This document shows, in pieces, positions 19,462 through 29,160 of a DNA stretch of 64,000 bases. Position numbers and translations under genes: made by a program. Location: positions 128,001 through 192,000 of the forward strand of contig JBIJDH010000004.1 in NCBI GenBank assembly GCA_044344255.1, read 5' to 3'. The stretch's first letter is position 1; the number at the start of each line of letters is the position of its first letter. Source of the DNA: Myxococcota bacterium. GTDB taxonomy: Bacteria > Myxococcota_A > UBA796 > UBA2385. The notes beneath the pieces are model-generated. The model did not search any database. It saw only the letters and a program-made list of their open reading frames with translations, and was not told the DNA's origin.

Positions 19462-21666
19462 ATGAGGACCAACGCTCTATCCATCCAACCCCCCGGCATT
19501 CCGCTCTACCGCCGCTGGCGGAGCGGCGCGCTCGGCGTGTTCGGCGCGTTCGGCGCGCTTGGCGCGTTCGGCGTGGGCTGTGCGGAGGGCGGGGGCCGCG
19601 GGCCGGCGGGGGCCGCGCTGGGCCGCCTCCTCGACACCGCGGTCATCGTGGCTCCGCTCCCCGAGACGGACAGCCCCTCCGACGAGGCCCCGGGTGTCCT
19701 CCGCGTCGAGGCGGGTCGTGTCGAGCTCCTCGCCGATGGGCGAGACGAGACCTCGCTCACCCTCACCCTCACCGACGCCGCGGGCGCGCCGGTGTCCGAC
19801 GGGACGGCCTTCGTGTTGGAGAGCTCGCTCGGCCGGGTCGAGCTGCTGGAGGGTGTGAGGGGAGGGGTGGCAGAGGCCCGCTTCCGTGCGGGCACCTGGC
19901 CCGGTGAGGCCGCCCTCTCCGCGGCGGGCTGGACGGTGGAGGGTGACCGCTCCCTCTCGCTGGAGCCCGGCGCGCCGCGCAGCGTCCAGCTCCACCTTCA
20001 CGGCAGCCTCTCGGAGGGCGCGGGCACGATGTCGGGATCGATCACCTCCGCCGAGGTGAACCGGATCGACGTCCTCTGGTGGACCGACCACGACTTCCAG
20101 TACTACCCCGAGCGGCTGATGGAGCTCACGGGCTTCGACTTCGAGACCGGCACCCTTCAATCGACGGTCCCATCCTGGCCCTCCACGACCGTGCGGGACG
20201 TCCGATGGGTGGAGCTGGCCGACACCTTCCCCTTGTCTGCGAGCGAAGTGCGGGCCTCGTCCGCTCGTTCGGGGGCGTTTGGGTGGCACCTCGAGGGTAC
20301 AGGGGCTGACGCCGGAGACTGGCAGCAGCAGAGCTTCACGCTCTCCGTCGAGCCCCGGCTGAACTTCAAGGCGCTGCTCGCCGGGATTGACCTTGGCTTC
20401 TGGGTGCGCCCCCTCGTGGATGACGCAGGGGCCGAGCTCTTCATCACCATCCCGCTGAGCGCCCGCGACGCAGGGGACGACAGCCTGCCCGAGTCCTATC
20501 GGGCGATACACTTCTTTCGATCGGCAGAGGATTATTCGAGCCTCTCTGACGAGACGAACCACTATGTGCGGATCCCCGGCGCGGTGGGCGAGTGGACCGA
20601 GGTGACCGCTGACCTCTCCGCCCTCGCCGAGCGATTCTCCCCCGACCTCGGCCTCGACCAGCACGCCGAGCTCCTGATCGTGACGGTGCGGGCCCAAGAG
20701 GGCGCCACAGCCTCCTTCGATCTCGACGACCTCCGGTGGGGGCAGGCCCTCGTAGGAGAGGCCCTCCGATCCGAGCAGCGGGCCTTCCTCGACGAGCAGC
20801 CCACCGACGTCGTCCAGCTCGTGGGCGCCGAGCTGACGCTCTTGCCCGAGGGGCACCTCAACGCCTTCGGCGCAGACGTGCCCTTCCTCCCCTACGCCGA
20901 TCGGGACGACCTCAGCGCGGCGGACGCGGTGGAGCTCGTCCACGCCAGCGGGGGCCTCACGTCGTTCAATCACATTTTCGGCGTCACGGGCTCGCTCGTC
21001 GAGGAGGCCGAGCGGGCCGTGGCCGTGGACGAGACGATCACCGCCCTCGTCGAGAGCGCGGTCTGGGGCTGTGATCTCCTCGAGGTGGGCTATCGCCAGC
21101 GCGGCGGTGAGCTCGACGACTTCCTCGCCGTCTGGGACGCCCTCTCCGCCGCCGGGGTCTTCGTGACCGGTGAGGGCGCCAGCGACGCCCACGACGACGT
21201 CGGCTGGTCGATCATGCAGAACCGCTTCGTGACCTGGGTCCCGGCGGGCGAGCCCTCCGAGGCCGAGCTCCTGTGGAACCTGCGGCGCGGCGCCGCCTGG
21301 TTTGGTGACCCCGTCGCCTTCGAGGGCGGCCATGTGGCGGTGTCGCTCTCCGCGCCGGCGCTCCGCGCCACGATGGGGCAGGTGGTGGTGGGGGCCGCCG
21401 GGCCGGTCACCCTGCAGGTCACCGCAGATCCGCTGCGGGCGGGGCAGACCCTGCGCCTCCTCGCCGACGGCCTGGAGGTGGCCCGCTGGCCGGTGGAGGC
21501 GGATGGGGCGCTCACCGTCGAGGCCGAGGTCGATCCGACAGGAGGCCGGGCGGCGAGGGTCGAGCTGCTCAACGCCGCGGGGGCGGGGATCCTGTTCACG
21601 AACCCGATCTATTTCCTCGACAGCGACCCGGGGACGATCCCCGAGGTTCGGAGGCCGAGCCCCTGA
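19462..21666 (+). CDS. Exported PHP/CehA-McbA-like metallohydrolase with invasin-like Ig domain
   Basis: GVGC lipobox; LLADGRDETSLTLTLTDAAG Ig-like; QLHLHGSLSEG, WTDHD, GHLN, FNH, ASDAH. Confidence 0.7.
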   Translation: MRTNALSIQPPGIPLYRRWRSGALGVFGAFGALGAFGVGCAEGGGRGPAGAALGRLLDTAVIVAPLPETDSPSDEAPGVLRVEAGRVELLADGRDETSLTLTLTDAAGAPVSDGTAFVLESSLGRVELLEGVRGGVAEARFRAGTWPGEAALSAAGWTVEGDRSLSLEPGAPRSVQLHLHGSLSEGAGTMSGSITSAEVNRIDVLWWTDHDFQYYPERLMELTGFDFETGTLQSTVPSWPSTTVRDVRWVELADTFPLSASEVRASSARSGAFGWHLEGTGADAGDWQQQSFTLSVEPRLNFKALLAGIDLGFWVRPLVDDAGAELFITIPLSARDAGDDSLPESYRAIHFFRSAEDYSSLSDETNHYVRIPGAVGEWTEVTADLSALAERFSPDLGLDQHAELLIVTVRAQEGATASFDLDDLRWGQALVGEALRSEQRAFLDEQPTDVVQLVGAELTLLPEGHLNAFGADVPFLPYADRDDLSAADAVELVHASGGLTSFNHIFGVTGSLVEEAERAVAVDETITALVESAVWGCDLLEVGYRQRGGELDDFLAVWDALSAAGVFVTGEGASDAHDDVGWSIMQNRFVTWVPAGEPSEAELLWNLRRGAAWFGDPVAFEGGHVAVSLSAPALRATMGQVVVGAAGPVTLQVTADPLRAGQTLRLLADGLEVARWPVEADGALTVEAEVDPTGGRAARVELLNAAGAGILFTNPIYFLDSDPGTIPEVRRPSP

Positions 21667-21740
21667 GCCTCACACCCGCGACGGAGGCCCCCGGGCCGCC
21701 CTCGCTTGACGGGCGGCGGCGACCGGGTTCCCCTCGTTGG

Positions 21741-24608
21741 ATGCTGCTGCTCACCCTGTTTGTCTCGCTCGCTCTCCCCCCCGCTTGGGCCGCGCCGCGG
21801 AGCCCCGCCGTCACCGCCACGGCTGCCGCGTCCGCGTCCGCGTCCGCGGTCGCAGTGCTGCCGGGCGGCGAAGGCGGCGCGGACGCGCGCTGGGAGGAGA
21901 CGGTGCAGCGGGTGGTGCCGGCCGTGGTGTCGATCCGCCTCGCCCGGCCGCGGTCGTTTGACACCCAGCCCGCGGCCTCGGCGGTGGCGACCGGCTTCGT
22001 GGTCGATCGGCGCCGAGGCCTCATCCTCACCAACCGCCATGTGGCGGGGCCCGGGCCGATGGTGGCGGAGGCGGTGTTCCAGCACAACGAGGAGGTTCCG
22101 CTCACCCTCGTCTATCGAGACCCCGTGCATGACTTCTCGATCCTGCACTTTGATCCGAAGGCGGTGAAGTACCTCGAGAAGGTGGGTGAGCTCCGCCTCT
22201 TCCCCGAGGGCGCCAAGGTGGGGACCGAGATCCGGGTGCTCGGCAATGACGCGGGGGAGAAGGTCTCGATCCTCCAGGGCACCATCGCCCGGCTCGACCG
22301 TGACGCCCCCGACTATGGGCGGGGCAATTTCAACGACTTCAACACCTTCTACATCCAGGCGGCGTCGAGCACCTCGGGGGGATCCTCCGGCTCGCCGGTG
22401 GTTGACCGCGATGGCCGCGTGGTGGCCCTCAACGCCGGGGGCGCCCGGAAGTCCGCCTCCAGCTACTACCTGCCCCTCGATCGGGTGGTGCGCGCCCTGG
22501 AGCTTGTCCAGGCCGGGCGGGAGGTGCCACGGGGCACGCTGCAGGCGACCTTCACCTTCACGCCCTACGACGAGGCCCGCCGGCTCGGCCTTCCCGAGGG
22601 GGTCGAGGCCCGGCTCCGCGCCGCCTTCCCCGATGGCATCGGGCTCCTCACCGTGGAAGACCTCCTCCCCGGCGGTCCGGCGGACGGGATCCTCCGCCCC
22701 GGTGACCTCGTCCTCCAGGTTCAGGGGGCCCTCATCAACCACCACCTCCCCCTTGAGGAGGCCATCGACAGCCGCGTGGGGGGCTCCCTCCGGATGCGGG
22801 TGGTGCGCGGCGGCCAGGAGCTCGACCTCGACCTGCAGCCCGGTGACCTCCACAAGATCACCCCTGACCGCTACCTCGAGGTGGGCGGGGCCGTGCTGCA
22901 CGCGCTCAGCTACCAGCAGGCGCGCGGCTACGCGATCCCCGTGAAGGGGGTCTACGTCGCCTCCGGTGGCTACATGTTCACCAACGCCGGGGTGTCGGGG
23001 AGCGCGCTGATCACGGAGGTCGATGGGCAGTCCATCTCGACCCTCGACGACATGGAGCGGGCGCTGGCCCGGCACCCGGATGGGGACAGCCTCTCTCTCC
23101 GCGTCGTCGACATCGCCGAGCCCCGCCAGAGCCGGGTGGTGGTGGCGACGATGGATTGGCGCTGGTTCCCGGCCCAGCGCTGTCACTTCGAGGCCGGGGC
23201 TTGGCCCTGTACGCCGATCCAGCCGCCGAGCGCAGGGCCGCTGCTGACGCCGGTCACGACGCAGTTCGTTCGACCGGAGGGCCGCGCGGCTCGGGCGCTC
23301 GCCCCCTCGCTGGCCATGGTGTCCCTCCAGCTCCCCTTCCGCCCCGACGGGGCCTACGCGACCAGCTTCCGCGGCACCGGCGTCGTCGTCGACGCAGAGC
23401 GCGGCTGGCTCCTCGTCGATCGCGACACCGCGCCGATCGGGCTCGGCGACCTGCGCATCACCTTCGCCGGCTCCGTCGAGGTGCCGGGCCGGGTGCGCTG
23501 GCTTCACCCGACCCACAACCTCGCCATCCTCGAGTACGATCCTCGACTCCTCGGGGACACGCCGGTGCGGGCGGTGGAGCTCTCCCAGGGCGAGCCCCAG
23601 CCCGGCGACCCCATCTGGATGGTCGGCCTCACCGGCGACCACGGGGTGGTCAGCCGGGAGACCCGCGTGGCCCGGGTGGATCCGCTCTTCCTCCCGCTGC
23701 CCTACCCCCCCTTCTTTCGCGACACCAACCTCGAGATCATCGAGCCCGAGGACATCACCCGCTCGGCCGGCGGGGTGCTCACCGACAAGCGGGGGAGGGT
23801 CCAGGCGCTCTGGGCCTCCTTCCCCGATCTGAGCGGAGAGCGGCCGAGCAGCACGCTCCGGGGCCTCCCCTCCACCCTGATCGACGAGGCCCTCCGGGCC
23901 CTGGCCGAGGGGCGGGCCGACCGCTGGCCGGTGCTCGGGGTCGAGCTGGGGGTCACGGACATCGCTAACGCCCGTGAGCGCGGCCTCTCCCGGGCGCGGG
24001 CCGAGGCCGTCGAGGCGCATGATCCCGCCCATCGCCGGCTGCTCACGGTGTGGCGCCGCACGGCGGGGAGCCCCGCCGCCCAGGTCTTGCGCGAGGGGGA
24101 CATCCTGCTCAGCGCCGAGGGGCAGCCGGTCACCCGCTTCGAGGCGCTCGACGCGCTGGCCTGGCGGGGGCCGATCCACCTCGTCGTCTTACGCGACGGC
24201 GTCGAGGTGCCTGTCACCCTCGAGCCGAGCCGGGTGGCCGCGCTCGAGGTGCCGCGCTTCATCCTCTGGGGCGGGGCGCTGCTTCAGGATGTGCCCGCCG
24301 CCGCGCGTTCCCAGCGTGGGGTGCCCGGCGACGGCGTCTACGTCTCCTACTCCTGGTACGGGGGGCCGGCCTCCCGGTACCGGCTCCAGCCGACCTCCCG
24401 CATCCGCGAGGTGGACGGGGTGCCCACGCCGAACATCGACGCCTTCCTCGCCGCGGTGCAGGGCCGCGCTGACGGCAGCTCTCTCCGCCTCCTCACGGAA
24501 GACCTCGACGGGAAGGTGCGCGTGCAGAGCCTGAAGCTCGATCTCACCTTCTGGCCGACCACCACGTACGCCAATGGGCCGGCGGGCTGGACGCGCACGA
24601 GCCAGTAG
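21741..24608 (+). CDS. Tandem trypsin-like/PDZ serine protease, Nma111/DEG7 type, with signal peptide
   Basis: ATGFVVD, ILTNRHV, YRDPVHDF, GNDAGEKVSILQGTIARLDR, DFNTFYIQAAS, GGSSGSPV; second degenerate protease domain (GTGVVVD, LHPTHNLA); PDZ-like repeats. Confidence 0.9.
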   Translation: MLLLTLFVSLALPPAWAAPRSPAVTATAAASASASAVAVLPGGEGGADARWEETVQRVVPAVVSIRLARPRSFDTQPAASAVATGFVVDRRRGLILTNRHVAGPGPMVAEAVFQHNEEVPLTLVYRDPVHDFSILHFDPKAVKYLEKVGELRLFPEGAKVGTEIRVLGNDAGEKVSILQGTIARLDRDAPDYGRGNFNDFNTFYIQAASSTSGGSSGSPVVDRDGRVVALNAGGARKSASSYYLPLDRVVRALELVQAGREVPRGTLQATFTFTPYDEARRLGLPEGVEARLRAAFPDGIGLLTVEDLLPGGPADGILRPGDLVLQVQGALINHHLPLEEAIDSRVGGSLRMRVVRGGQELDLDLQPGDLHKITPDRYLEVGGAVLHALSYQQARGYAIPVKGVYVASGGYMFTNAGVSGSALITEVDGQSISTLDDMERALARHPDGDSLSLRVVDIAEPRQSRVVVATMDWRWFPAQRCHFEAGAWPCTPIQPPSAGPLLTPVTTQFVRPEGRAARALAPSLAMVSLQLPFRPDGAYATSFRGTGVVVDAERGWLLVDRDTAPIGLGDLRITFAGSVEVPGRVRWLHPTHNLAILEYDPRLLGDTPVRAVELSQGEPQPGDPIWMVGLTGDHGVVSRETRVARVDPLFLPLPYPPFFRDTNLEIIEPEDITRSAGGVLTDKRGRVQALWASFPDLSGERPSSTLRGLPSTLIDEALRALAEGRADRWPVLGVELGVTDIANARERGLSRARAEAVEAHDPAHRRLLTVWRRTAGSPAAQVLREGDILLSAEGQPVTRFEALDALAWRGPIHLVVLRDGVEVPVTLEPSRVAALEVPRFILWGGALLQDVPAAARSQRGVPGDGVYVSYSWYGGPASRYRLQPTSRIREVDGVPTPNIDAFLAAVQGRADGSSLRLLTEDLDGKVRVQSLKLDLTFWPTTTYANGPAGWTRTSQ

Positions 24609-24717
24609 GCGCCGACCGCCCGGGCCGGTTAGCCGGCCGCCTCCCGAGGTCGGCATGTCTCCCACAGTCCCCCCCCCGTCCCCACCGAGCGGCCCGGCCG
24701 CCGCCCCGGCGGAGCTC

Positions 24718-25074
24718 GTGGAGATCGTCCAGACCTTCCGCTTCGAGGCCGCCCACTTCCTCCCCAACGTGCGGCCGGGGCACCGTTGTATGCGGGTGCA
24801 CGGGCACTCGTACCAGATCGACGTCCACCTCACGGGGGCCCTTGACCCCGCGACGGGCTGGGTGGTCGACTTCTACGACATCGAGGCCGCCTTCGGCCCC
24901 GTGATGGAGACCCTCGATCACCACCTGCTGAACGAGGTCCCCGGGCTTGAGAACCCGACCGCAGAGAACATCGCGGTGTGGGTCTACCGGCGCCTGCGGG
25001 CGGGCGGCCTCTCCCTCGTGAGTCAGATCGTGGTCCATGAGACGGGCAGCAGCCGAGCCGTCTACCGCGGCTGA
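24718..25074 (+). CDS. queD: 6-carboxytetrahydropterin synthase
   Basis: FEAAH, CxRVHGHSY, LDHHLLN, GLENPTAENIA; start GTG 24718 or ATG 24655. Confidence 0.92.
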   Translation: MEIVQTFRFEAAHFLPNVRPGHRCMRVHGHSYQIDVHLTGALDPATGWVVDFYDIEAAFGPVMETLDHHLLNEVPGLENPTAENIAVWVYRRLRAGGLSLVSQIVVHETGSSRAVYRG

Positions 25075-26000
25075 GCGGGTCGGTCGTCGCTCCTCGGCCG
25101 AGGGCCCGCCGTGCCCTCGGTTGGCCAGCCGCCGTGGAGCCGAGCGAGCGCGCGGTGCACGTCGTCGGGGTCGAAGAAGGCGAGGTAGAGCAGGCCCATC
25201 AGGGCGCTGAAGACACCGACGGGCAGCGTCCAGTAGATGAAGGCGTGGAAGAGGAGGCCGAGCATGAGGAGCGGTCCCCGCAGGCGCCGGACGAAGAGCC
25301 CGAAGGCGAGCGCGAACTCGAGGAGCATCGAGCCCCAGGCCGAGGCCGCCATCAGCGTGTGGAAGCCCGGCCAGCGCGGGTAGTCGGAGCCGAGGTAGAG
25401 CGACATCAGGTAGTGCTCCATCCGCTCGCCCGACAAGTACGCCTCCGAGCACTTCGAGACGGCGCCCCAGAAGTAGATGGCGGCGACGTGCAGGGCGATG
25501 AGGCGGATGCCCCAGGTGCTCCCGCGCTCCAGGGGCGGCGGCGCGCCCTGGGCCTCGGCTCGGCGGAGCGCCCACCAGCGGTCGAGCGAGTAGCTGCCGC
25601 CGCTGGGGGTGAGGCTCAGCAGCACGACGGCGGTGGTGAGCGCGGCGACGTGGTGGTGGGTGTACGCCTCCTGACCGAGGTGGTGGCCGAGGTAATACGT
25701 GAAGATGCAGGCGTTGACCGCCGACCAGGCGGTGGTGAGCCGGCTCCCGACCCCGAACAGCATCAGCGCGCTGGCGACGAAGAAGGACAGGGAGAGGAGC
25801 CAACGCCAGGGCTCGGCGGAGCGCAGGGCCGGCAGGCACCACTCGCCGGCGAAGCGCTCCCAGAGCAGCAGGGCGAGGCCGATCCGCAGGAGGCCGGCGC
25901 TGCGGGTGGAGCCCTCCCGGGCGAGCGAGGCCCGGGCCACCTCGACCGCCCGCGTGAGGCGGCGCGGCGCCGTGGAGCGGGGAGGGGGTGCTCCGCTCAT
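25062..26000 (-). CDS. HTTM-domain membrane protein (vitamin K-dependent carboxylase / SdpB-like)
   Basis: GSYSLDRWW, IYFWGAVSK...YLSGE, LLEFALAFGL, GLLFHAFI, FSALM. Confidence 0.8.
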   Translation of the reverse strand: MSGAPPPRSTAPRRLTRAVEVARASLAREGSTRSAGLLRIGLALLLWERFAGEWCLPALRSAEPWRWLLSLSFFVASALMLFGVGSRLTTAWSAVNACIFTYYLGHHLGQEAYTHHHVAALTTAVVLLSLTPSGGSYSLDRWWALRRAEAQGAPPPLERGSTWGIRLIALHVAAIYFWGAVSKCSEAYLSGERMEHYLMSLYLGSDYPRWPGFHTLMAASAWGSMLLEFALAFGLFVRRLRGPLLMLGLLFHAFIYWTLPVGVFSALMGLLYLAFFDPDDVHRALARLHGGWPTEGTAGPRPRSDDRPAQPR

Positions 26001-26446
26001 GGTGCCTGGGTCCGAGCTGGGCTGGCGGCACCCGGCTCGAGGGTGCAGAGGTTCCGCCGCCATGCGTCCTCCCGCTTCCAGCCTTGGCGGGTGGCGCAGC
26101 GGGCCCAGAGGCGGATGTCCGGCTCAGGGTGACCGTCCGCCTTACAGAGCCGTTGGCCGAGCCGGTCGGCGGCGGCGAGGTTGCCCACGGTGCGCACGCT
26201 GTGGGGCGCGGTCTCTGGGCGGAGGTCGAGGAGCTCGTATCGATCGAGCTCCTCTCGTGTGCCGTCGGTGTGCTGGGCGTAGTAGCGCACATCACAGACA
26301 TCGAGGCCGTAGCCGACGAACATCACCCACTGGCCCAGCCAGGGCAGGTCCATGTGGCGGACCTGCCGGAGGTAGGGCCCGGCCGCGATCACCACCGCCA
26401 GGGTGATGAAGACGAGGGCACGGAGGAGCTCCGCCAGGTGCCGCAT
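25997..26446 (-). CDS. Small membrane-anchored partner of the HTTM protein (W-x-MF motif, 4 Cys)
   Basis: N-terminal TM; WLGQWVMFVG; ATGA overlap with the HTTM gene; starts 10 bp after the acyl-CoA dehydrogenase stop. Confidence 0.65.
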   Translation of the reverse strand: MRHLAELLRALVFITLAVVIAAGPYLRQVRHMDLPWLGQWVMFVGYGLDVCDVRYYAQHTDGTREELDRYELLDLRPETAPHSVRTVGNLAAADRLGQRLCKADGHPEPDIRLWARCATRQGWKREDAWRRNLCTLEPGAASPARTQAP

Positions 26447-26455
26447 GCGCTCGGG

Positions 26456-27622
<1,167 letters not shown>

Positions 27623-27696
27623 GGCGGACCTCAGGATGATGTGTCTCGGGCCGGGCTCCGGCGGGCCGAGCTTCTTCGGCCCGGGGGAGCGGGATG

Positions 27697-29085
27697 TCAG
27701 ACGGAGGGGGCCGGGTGCTCGATCGCGCACTCGCGGAGGGCCGCGGCGAAGATCCCGGTGGCGACCTGGGCCTCGTCGGCGGTGAGGCAGAGCCCAGGCG
27801 CGAAACGGATCGAGTTGGGGCCGCAGCCGAGGATGAGGAGCCCCTTCTCGAAGCAGCGGGTGACCACCTCGTTCCGGAGCGTGTCGTCCCGGCGGAGGCT
27901 CTGCCGATCCTGAACCAGCTCGACGCCGATCATCAGGCCGCGGCCGCGGACCTCGGCCACCCGCGGGTGGTCGCCGACGGCGCTACGGAGCATGTCCTGG
28001 AAGAGGGGGCCCACGGTGGCGGCGTTCTCGATCAGGCCGGGCTCGCCGTCCGTGCCCTCGAGGAGGTCGAGCGTGGCGGCGGCGGCGGCGCAGGCGATCG
28101 GGTTGCCGCCGAAGGTGCTGGCGTGGGCGCCGGGGGGCCAGCACATGATCTCGTCGCGGGCGATCATCGCCGAGAGCGGCATGCCGCTGGCGATGCCCTT
28201 GGCGAGCGAGATGATGTCGGGCTTCACGCCGGTGTGCTGCCAGGCGAACATCTTGCCGGTGCGCCCCATCCCGCTCTGCACCTCGTCGAAGATGAGGAGG
28301 ATGCCGTGGCGGTCGCAGATGTCGCGCAGGCCCTGGAGGAAGTCGGTCGGAGGGATGACGTAGCCACCCTCACCCTGGATCGGCTCGACCAGGATCGCGG
28401 CGAGCTCCTCGGGGGTGATGAGCTTCTGAAAGAGCAGCTCGATGTGGTCGAGGGCGAGGCGGGTGGCCTCGGGGCCCTGTCGCAGGGGGTCTGGATAGAG
28501 GGCGTGGTAGACGCCGGGGACGAGCGGACCGAAGCGGGCCCGCTGCACGCTGCGGCTCGAGGTCACCGAGAGCGAGCCCATCGAGCGGCCGTGGAAGGAG
28601 CCGAGGAAGCCCAGGATGCCGGTGCGGCCCGTCTTCCAACGGGCGAGCTTCAGCGCGGCCTCATTGGCCTCGGTGCCGGAGTTTCCGAAGTAGACTCTGT
28701 GCTTGTCACCCTTCACCGAACCCAATTTCGAGACGCGGTCTGCGAGGGCGGACTGGGCCGGATAGTAGAAGTCGGTGCCCGACATATGGATGAGGCGGGC
28801 GGCCTGCTCCTGGATGGCCTTCACCACGGTCGGGTGGCAGTGGCCGGTGGAGCAGACGGCGATGCCGCTCGTGAGGTCGAGGAACTCGTTTTCGTCGGGG
28901 TCGATGACCCAGCAGCCCTCCCCACGGTCGGCCACCAAGGGGTAGTCGCGGGTGTAGGAGGTCGAGACGGCGGCCGAGGACCGCGAGATGATCGCCTTGG
29001 CCTTGGGGCCGGGCAGCTCAGTGCGGAGGACCGGGCGGCGGGGGGCAGAGCCCTCGGCCAGCGCTGGGATCTGCGCGGAGGTCAT
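27697..29085 (-). CDS. Class III PLP aminotransferase (4-aminobutyrate / 5-aminovalerate / acetylornithine family)
   Basis: NSGTEANEAA, FHGR, EPIQGEGG, DEVQSGMGRTG, AKGIASG, TFGGNP. Confidence 0.92.
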   Translation of the reverse strand: MTSAQIPALAEGSAPRRPVLRTELPGPKAKAIISRSSAAVSTSYTRDYPLVADRGEGCWVIDPDENEFLDLTSGIAVCSTGHCHPTVVKAIQEQAARLIHMSGTDFYYPAQSALADRVSKLGSVKGDKHRVYFGNSGTEANEAALKLARWKTGRTGILGFLGSFHGRSMGSLSVTSSRSVQRARFGPLVPGVYHALYPDPLRQGPEATRLALDHIELLFQKLITPEELAAILVEPIQGEGGYVIPPTDFLQGLRDICDRHGILLIFDEVQSGMGRTGKMFAWQHTGVKPDIISLAKGIASGMPLSAMIARDEIMCWPPGAHASTFGGNPIACAAAAATLDLLEGTDGEPGLIENAATVGPLFQDMLRSAVGDHPRVAEVRGRGLMIGVELVQDRQSLRRDDTLRNEVVTRCFEKGLLILGCGPNSIRFAPGLCLTADEAQVATGIFAAALRECAIEHPAPSV

Positions 29086-29160
29086 GTGGGGGACCTTAGT
29101 CGAGGAGGGGTCCGGCCCGTAGCCCGCCCCGGGGGAGGGGTCAACGAAGGGCCGCGGGCC

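Noticed and set aside
24718..25074. queD as part of a 7-deazaguanine DNA-modification island
   Set aside because: No dpdA, queC, queE or folE nearby; looks like a lone housekeeping gene
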